Source of the DNA: Chrysomallon squamiferum
Lineage: Eukaryota; Animalia; Mollusca
Reading direction: 5' to 3'
NCBI GenBank assembly: GCA_012295275.1
Contig: CM022671.1
Location: 21,762,001 to 21,826,000 of the forward strand
Length of the DNA: 64,000 nucleotides
Made by a program: the position numbers and the translations under genes. How positions within the stretch are numbered: the first letter of the stretch is position 1; each line of letters begins with the position of its first letter. The notes beneath the pieces are model-generated. The model saw nothing but the letters and a program-made list of their open reading frames with translations. It had not been told where the DNA came from and did not search any database. Positions 55,733 through 64,000 of the stretch are shown piece after piece.

Positions 55733-57169
55733 ACGCACACCTCCGATTTACCACAGATTACGAAAATCAGGTAACTGTGCTTTACACAAATTGTTTTAAA
55801 AACTATTTCAAAGAATACAGATATTTTTATGATTAATATGTCTAGACTGGTAGTAACGTCATTACAACCCAAGAAAGGCGACGCGACTGTATTAGTTTAT
55901 TGTTAACAATGTTTTATTAGTTTACGGTCGGTTGACAAAACAAAAATAAAATAAAATTTAATTAATTAGAAAAATTAAATAAAACAAAATACTGACTTTG
56001 AACTATGTAAAATATATCTAGAATACTTATTCCTGTCATCAATGATACACCTTTGTTTAAACAAAATGGATGCTAATTTTCCATATTGAAATAACATCAT
56101 TTATCATTTTGTCAGATATTAATCTTACGTATCATTATAATATCTAAAACCAGTCTACACCAAATAAATATTACGTTAGAATAGAGATCCCACTAATTCA
56201 AACCAGCAGTTCATTGGACGAACGTTAGATGATCACTATAATCAGTTTACTTTTGAAAGTAAGTTCAGTAGTCCGGAAACATTCATAGAAACAAGTTTCC
56301 TGAATACTCATAATCATGTCTATTAAGCGAATTTTATTTAATTTATGCAGAGATTATGACATTGGATTGAGATGTCTAGACAACGCTGGCTTTCATAAAT
56401 GCAGCAAACTTCGTGGTTACTTCCGGAATTTGACGGTAAATCGGCGTGAGCACATGGACATTTTACAAGATCACTGCGCAGAATATTTGACTCAACAGAG
56501 ACAGAAAGATCGTGCAACAGAATCCTCCGCACAAGGTTTGTTTAATCTGAAAGAGGCATTGTTTTTCGAGTTTAAAGTTTCACAATAGAAAAATTACGTT
56601 TTAATTATATTTTAAATCGATTATTAGAAACCAAACTGATACTAAAACCATTACTGTGATTACAATACGATGAATACCAAATTTGTGTTGGTTATTATTT
56701 CATTTATAAAGTTTAAAATAATGATTTAACTAGTAATGAAAATAATAATAACAACGACAACGACAGCAACAACAAAACCAATAAAATAAAAATATAAAAC
56801 AAAACAAAATACTGATGAATAACTAGCATATTCATCAACTAACAACCATAAAAAACCAGAGAGAGAGAGATAACTGTTAAATTTAAAAATATATTTATAT
56901 TTACAGGACTCATTACGTCAACTCTTCTGATGGCTTGGGCTGTGTTAACAATATTTACAACTGTGAAGCACATTTCCACTCGATTTTATGATGATCTCGT
57001 CGTTTGGTATTTTAAATTTACTTCAAAGGGAATCGGTCGGATGTTTTTGGCGCCAATGCATGTGTTCTATAGTGCCGCTTTTTACGTTTTCTTGATCGGG
57101 GACTTGTTACATTTAGTTTCATACATACATATGATAATATCATTACTGAAACTCTTTTATGATTCCTGA
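45571..57169 (+). CDS. Uncharacterised secreted/cell-surface protein with four tandem 6-Cys helical (neuritin/DUF19-like) modules and a hydrophobic C-terminus, probably GPI- or membrane-anchored
   Basis: Exons 45571-45625 (signal peptide), 49897-50032, 50776-50918, 52530-52629, 53061-53185, 54755-54845, 55196-55344, 55523-55637, 56351-56535, 56907-57169 total 1362 nt (453 aa), open throughout. Each module is a pair of exons with phases 1-2-1 and 3 Cys per exon. An alternative in-frame start lies at 49845. The C-terminal end is uncertain. Confidence 0.8.
48427..48504. repeat. (CT)n microsatellite
   Basis: Perfect dinucleotide run. It is the source of the spurious RERERE ORFs. Confidence 0.95.
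50544..50746. repeat. 35-bp tandem repeat x3 followed by a (CT)n microsatellite
   Basis: ATACAGTAACTT(C/G)TCACAAATATAAACATAGGA(G/A)C starts at 50544, 50579 and 50614. (CT)n runs from about 50656 to 50746. Confidence 0.9.
52695..52778. repeat. (GA)n microsatellite
   Basis: Perfect dinucleotide run in an intron of the Cys-rich gene. Confidence 0.95.
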
Positions 57170-59617
57170 TATAACAGTCGTTTATAAATTATTATTATTA
57201 TACATGGGGAAGTTCTGTATGTAGTGGCGAATACAGTTTTGGCGCCAAAAGACCGTCACTGAAAATGTTTATTTTATAACGAGTGTACATCTAGTCATTT
57301 TGTAAAATGCATGTGTGAAAAGTTATGTTATGTATGCTATAGATAAAAACATTTGTTCTGAGTTTTAAAACTAATAATGTACGTGATTAAAATAATAATG
57401 TCTGATGTTTATTCAGCATTTTCTAAAATATTACTTTCTAATGGATTAAAGAAATTTATAGTGAAAGAAATGAAATTTAATTGCCATTAATTAATGCCTC
57501 GTTATAATTTTTTAAATAACTGTTTCAGTTACATCGACAATACCTTAAAAATAAGTAGAATCAATTAGCATAATAATCAAATTCATGATACAGAAAGAAA
57601 AACCCAGCAACATAATAATAATATTAAATAAATAAAAAAGTCAGTGTTAACTTAATTTTGAAATAACACACACAAAACAAAATAATAATAAAATAAAATA
57701 ATTAAAAAATGAAAAATAAACTTAATAATTAAAAGAGTTGAGCACTGTTTTGATATTTAATATATATTAAATACTTATCATCGTGTTAAAGTAAATGGTG
57801 ACAGAATATAATTTCCATAAAGATTCACTGACCATCGAAGTAATGACTGATTTCTATAAAAATCAATAAATAAATAACAGAAATGTGACAAATAAAATAA
57901 ACAACCGCAAATAAAAAGCTAGGTTTGAAGAAATTATTATTCGTAATTATTTATTAATTTGTTTTTAACAATGTAATCAAGACTCCGATTCCATAATGAA
58001 ATGAACATGGATCTAGTCTGCCAAAACCGTAACTTCTTGAAATCCAGTAAGCATAAATGCCATTGTTTCAGAATTAAAGGTAATTTAGTCTTTCTTTCTT
58101 TTTTCTTTAATTTTTCCTTTCCAATCAAATTTTGTAACAGACTGTATATATTGTAAAATAGATTAAAAATATATATATATATATATATACATATATGTGT
58201 GTGTGTTAATAAAGTGTATATAACACTATCAAATTGTACAGATAATGCATAATGGTTCTTTTTTTTTGAAATAAAGGTATATGGGATTTTCAGGAATTTT
58301 TGTTTGTTATTTCTTTTGTTTTTTCCATTCCATATCCTTGCAAACCATAGATTAAGATATTATTATTATTAACTTTTTATTTTCATTTATTTTAAACTAT
58401 AACACTGTGTTCTATGCTTCAGTTACTTAATACTGATAATCTATTCAGACATATAATAAATAAATAAATAAATAAATGATGACAATGATAATGAAAAAAA
58501 TATTTAACCTGTTTACATCATTTTATATATAACTTATGGTTCTTTGTTTTTGACATGAATGCTTGAGAATCCTTGAAATTTGCATCATGCATTCTGCTAA
58601 GATGATGTCATGACTACAGGAAAATGGTGCGGCCCAGATATTTGTTACTGTACTGTTTTATTGTTTATCAGCTAAGACATCTCAATAAAAACAATAATAA
58701 TAATAATAATAATTAATAAATAAATAAATAAATAATACAGGCTGAGAGTCCTATACTCAAATCACTTGGGATCTAAAGTGTATTGAATTTCCAAATTTTT
58801 CCGAATACAAGGATATATAGCCTGAGAATATGATCCAAGTAAAAACACAAATTCCATTAATATATATATATATATATATATAATTCTGTGCACAAAATAA
58901 TAATATAAAATATTCTTCAGTAGAGTTGCAGCTTGGAAAATAAAAACAAACAATGAATTGAAAAATATGTGTATATCAACAGATATTTGCTATCACAAGC
59001 ACAGATTACGTAAAATAATAAAAATAATAAGTTAGTAATTTCAGCAATGGTTACAATTAAACACATAGAGTCTAATATTAAACAGAGGTAACAAAATGAT
59101 TTTAGACAACCATTATTATTAAAATTGGTGTAGAATATTTCTAAAACTTTTATGGAATTGAAAAGAGTGAAACCTGATGTTGCTTAAAGACATACACACT
59201 AAAATTACAAAATGGCACACCTCTCATTTGTTTTCATCTTTTTTCTTATCTGTCTTCACTTCACCCTCACACACAGTTTAACTTTCTTGTGGAAATAAAT
59301 GTATAAATAGTAGAAGTAGTAGATATATTTTGTACCATATCCTTAAAGTCTTGAGATAGTTAGTTGCGTCATGATGCTAAATAAATAAAAAACTTGTCAT
59401 TTTTAATGTCATGGATCTTGTACACAAAACTTTTAATAACTTTAACAGTGTAACTGTTATTATTAATATAAATTCTGTGGATATTTAATACAGTTTTTTA
59501 ATATCATATTAACAACAGATCTAGATTTGCTATCTAAATTTTCATCAGATTTTCATAAATGTTGTGTAAATCAATTGGTAAAGTTGTACGAGTCCAGAAT
59601 GTTTTATTTTTATGAGG

Positions 59618-61990
59618 TCACAAATCGGGTATCTCCTTAATAAATAACAAATCTTCATCAGTTCCAAAGTTTTTTCTTGCTTTATCAAACTGATCCCAAG
59701 TGCTGCAGCAAAGTTCTGAAACAAAATTGATCATCAAGAGATCGGTATTAATAAACATTTCTATAAACTAAACTAACACAAATAATCTATCACAGTACTG
59801 TTTGTTAACAGATCGCTATATTTTGAAACATGTACAATATAAAAAAAAGTAATGTTTTTTGCATCTTTCAGAGGAAATGTATTTGTCAATTTGGATAATA
59901 ACAAATTGCTTGGATATAATGTTCCAAAACATTTTTGAAAAATTATTTTATTTAAATAAAAGTTAACTTACAGATTGGACAATGAAAATTGCTAGGTTAT
60001 ATATCAAAATGTTGAAATTAGTTCAACTTAAATAACAGTTCATTTAACAATTTAGAAAAAAAGATCATTTTTAAAAAACCAAGCAAATTAATACTTAAAG
60101 ATCTAGAGTTATAATCTCCAAATTTAAAAATAAAAAAAATAAAATAATGTAAACGTTCATGATAAAAGTTACTTTTGCAAAGAAACATTGTCAAATAATT
60201 AACAAGTAAAGACAGAAATTATTTATTATTACTTATATGTTTTCAGTAGCATGAAATATGAAGTTTATCTTGAATTGACACTAACCTTGATGAATGCCAG
60301 GATTTTTGTAGTAAATTAATTTCTTATCACAGTTATAGCCACATATAACCACAAAATGTCCTGAAAATTCAGAAAGTAACCTTAATAAAATATCAGCCCC
60401 AGATATGAATTTAAATGTTTTATTAAGAAGATCTGAGTGATTTATAAATCGAGACTATTAAAAGCATTCAAGTGTATATTTAGAAATATTTTTAAGGAAA
60501 AAAAAACAAAAAAACACAATTAACATATTAATTATTTACCTTGATAATGTTTTGAACATATCTGGAAACAGCACAAACATGGTGTGCACTGAAAACAAAC
60601 AGTTACATAAAATACTCAGTTTTAAGAAAAACTTTTTGAAATACTGAAAAAAAGAACAAGAAAAATGAAATAATAACAACACTAGGTTTTTACTAGTTTC
60701 AAACCTCATGAAAAAAAAATTAGCTTCATTACCAAATCAAACCTATTTTTTTTAAATAAGTTATGTATAAATTATAATATGTTTTTTCTTTCTTTTTTCT
60801 CTATAATCACAAAAACATTTTAAGACATCACACATATAGATGTAAAATAACAATCTGAACTTACAAATCTGTGACAAAGAATGCATTCTAGAAGTACTGC
60901 ATCAACAAGACATATTGCAACAAAGTTTGATTTCAGCTGATTAATAATTTCTTCTATTGGCACAGATCTTAAAAAAAAATATTTAAAAAAAATAGGAACA
61001 TTTGAAATTAAATTTTATGATTTATGACTATATCTCTAGATCTGTAGAATCATGCAGTTATTCTTTTTCTTGCATTTAAAAAAAAGAAAATGTGTGTGTG
61101 TGTGTGTGTGTGTGCATCTATATATATATAAAAATTTATAATAAATTCACTCTGTCATCATTTTTCAATCATCAAATGTAAAATCATCTCCTAAAAATTA
61201 ATATCAATATTCAGTTATTTGTTCAGTTCTATATAAACTGTTACAATTCTTCTCTTTCATTAGATTGCACTGTACTAATAACATATTATCAATATTACTG
61301 TATTCAACATTATCTAAGTGTTTTCTCAATGACATGATGCACTAATGACAGGTAAAATTCAAATGGACATTGAGAAATCATACTTATAAATAAATTGTTT
61401 ATCAAGTCAAGCAAAATATTTCATCATATCTTAATCAACATTTGTTAAAAAAATATAAAGTATTGCTGTTTAAAGATTTTACAAGTCGACATCATTATGT
61501 ACATTACACATGTAGATTAATTAAACATAAAAATACCGTTTCTCTATGCAGACTCCTTTAGAAGATGCCTCTTCAAACATCCGATTAATTCTGACAGAAC
61601 ATTCATCAAATGTTTCTGAATAATAGGCCTATAGAACATTTATCCAAAATATAAAAAATAATAAAAATAAAATTTTTTAAAATGAATGCTAAATATAAAA
61701 TAAAATGCTGACATATATAATGATAGAAAATATAAAATTTGGTAGTAATTCATATATAGGATGAACAAGTTACAAGAAAAGAATGAGACCCAACAGCTGA
61801 TACTATTTTAATTTTTTGTATGTGTGTGCTGGTGTTATTAACTAATCATTCACATCAGTCTGATCATAAACAAGCTGTCAATCATTCATAGTCCATAACA
61901 GATTTCTTGCTTGCTACAAATATGTGTGCTTTTAACCTAGAAGAATTTTGTTTGAGTTTTAAAAAAATCTAAATGAATTTTAACCACTTT

Positions 61991-62026
<36 letters not shown>

Positions 62027-63322
62027 AACACTTTAATTTCTAAATATTTTCATTAATTTAATATTAAAAGACCCAGGATAACAGAAATATAAAAATATTT
62101 AAACTGAACTGTTTAAAAATTTTATAACTTTTTCTTCAGTTCTTTTTATTAAAAATATATTAATAAAAATATAAAAAAAAAAAAAAAAAGAAAAAAAAGT
62201 TAACTTTGTGTTGTGGAATCAACAGACATTTCTTACATTGTTCTTGTAGTCATTATGGATACCTAAAGTCACAGTATACATCTGATGTTTTATCCCATGA
62301 TGCTTCATCAGATAGGCCAGATCAACTGTCCAGACACTTCATTGATAATATTCATAATTAGAAAAGTCTTGATGATACATTATAATTTATGTAGTCAATG
62401 AAAATATTGATAATTATACAAGAATTAATAATATATTATTTATAGTATGCTTGGTTGGCCCAATTTTTTTATTTTCAGTGGCATTTTGTGCTTTGTTTTT
62501 TTGTTCATTTAAATGTTGTTGCTCCTTTTATTATTATTATTATTATTAATATTATTATTATTTAAATTATTTTAAAAATATATTATAAAATATATTTTAA
62601 ATATTAACTGTTTCTTTCTTAGTTTCCTTTTAAAAATAATGATGTGAAAAAAAGAACTTCTGACACAATTCCACACCATTATTAAAATTTCAAAAGTTTT
62701 TTCCTTTTTCTTTCTTAAGAATAAGTAATGATGAATGATATATCACAATAAAGTAGTTTTTTCCTTGATTGAATTAAGTATTTAAAAAAATTAAAATCTT
62801 AAATTCAGTAACTTACTCTTTCCCACATTTTAAATACTCTAGATCATTTGCATAAATGTCTTCTGTATCTTTCCCTAAATATCTGGAGTCAAAAATAAAA
62901 AGAATGTTTAAATCTGATTTATAGACACATGCACACACATTCTTAGATTAAGAAAAATAATAATAATACAATTTTTCAAACAAAAACAATAAAAGCATGA
63001 AATTATTAAAAACAATTGGGATATATAATAATTGAGAAAAAAATCATTAAAATCATAAATGATGTAAACTTACATTACTTGTAACAGAATGTTTAGAGAC
63101 ATCAGATCACGAACAGAAAAATAAAATAAAATAAAATTAATTAATAAAAATCAAATAAAACAGCATATGAATTTTGAATATCATAACTGCTGTTGAATTA
63201 TCCGAATCCAAACTGATACATCTAATTTACATACCTAAACACCATTGTAACACAGGCCAGACCACAGTCCCAGTCATATTTCTGTTTTATGTGCGGAACA
63301 TCAATGATAAACTGTCTTCCTT
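59618..63322 (-). CDS. GUCD1: Protein GUCD1 (peptidase C39-like fold); first coding exon uncertain (candidate 63699-63673)
   Basis: Exons 63322-63235, 62882-62817, 62336-62237, 61628-61537, 60967-60865, 60588-60540, 60360-60286, 59715-59618. Motifs: VPHIKQKYDWDCGLACVTMVFRYL, VWTVDLAYLM, TVTLG, YQGHFVVICGY, YYKNPG, FDKARKNFGTDEDLLFI. Confidence 0.92.
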
Positions 63323-63815
63323 CTGAAATGAATCATTTATTCCAATTCATCCTACAGGGTTTTTTCTTTGTTAATTTTTATTCTTTAACTTCAAGTTTTC
63401 TTTTTTCTGGTTTTTTTTTTTTTTTTTTTTTTTCATTTGTTTTTTTTTTTTTTTTATAATTGGTTTCTTTTAATATTTATTATCATTTTTAAAAAAGAAA
63501 GAAGTTAAGTTTGATCATTATTATTATAAATTAAATTAACTGCAAGATATTATTTTATGCTCCACTCATGTTTTATTATTGTTGTTTTGTTTTATTTATT
63601 TGTTTGTTTGTTTACATAAATTTATACTGTAAAGCAATTTAGTTTTAAATGACTATATAATATATGAATTACCCTAAGCTGAGCGCTTCGACATAACATT
63701 CCGGCTAGCTAATTAATAGTTTTCATTTAAAACGAAAATAAGGAATTCCTTCATTGTATAATAATTATTATGCAGACACGTTTCAGAAATTCATTTCCTG
63801 GATATACTACAACAG

Positions 63816-63876
<61 letters not shown>

Positions 63877-64000
63877 TAATAATAAAGTAATAAAGAAAAG
63901 TTATGACACCAGTTAAGTAACGGAAACATGTTAACCACGATATTACAGGCGACAATATATTATTACGCCAGCTTTTATAGACTTAAACATCGTCAGCATA

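Overview
Very AT-rich, microsatellite-dense, intron-rich animal genomic DNA. It is probably molluscan, an inference from the repeat types and gene structure. The ORF track is mostly microsatellite noise, so I rebuilt the genes by hand from GT-AG exons with phase checking. The window holds eight protein-coding genes, six of them in three head-to-head pairs: TPCN1 (-, 3' end runs off the left edge) with IQCD/DRC10 (+), DCTPP1 (-) with an unannotated 199-aa EMI-domain-only type I membrane protein (+), and PES1 (-) with SUPT4H1 (+). A cell-surface protein with four tandem neuritin-like 6-Cys modules (+) and GUCD1 (-) follow. Mobile DNA includes a hAT non-autonomous element with a perfect 8-bp TSD, a Tc1/mariner MITE and SINE-like remnants. 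The strongest leads are the 4x neuritin-like gene with two alternative signal peptides, the EMI-only receptor that the ORF track misses, and the TPCN1-IQCD divergent pair, which is also seen in human. Lesser leads are an extra S4 gating charge in TPC1, a minisatellite built from a PES1 splice acceptor, a 1-nt frameshift in PES1 (probably an assembly error) and a sharp CpG-poor/CpG-rich domain boundary.
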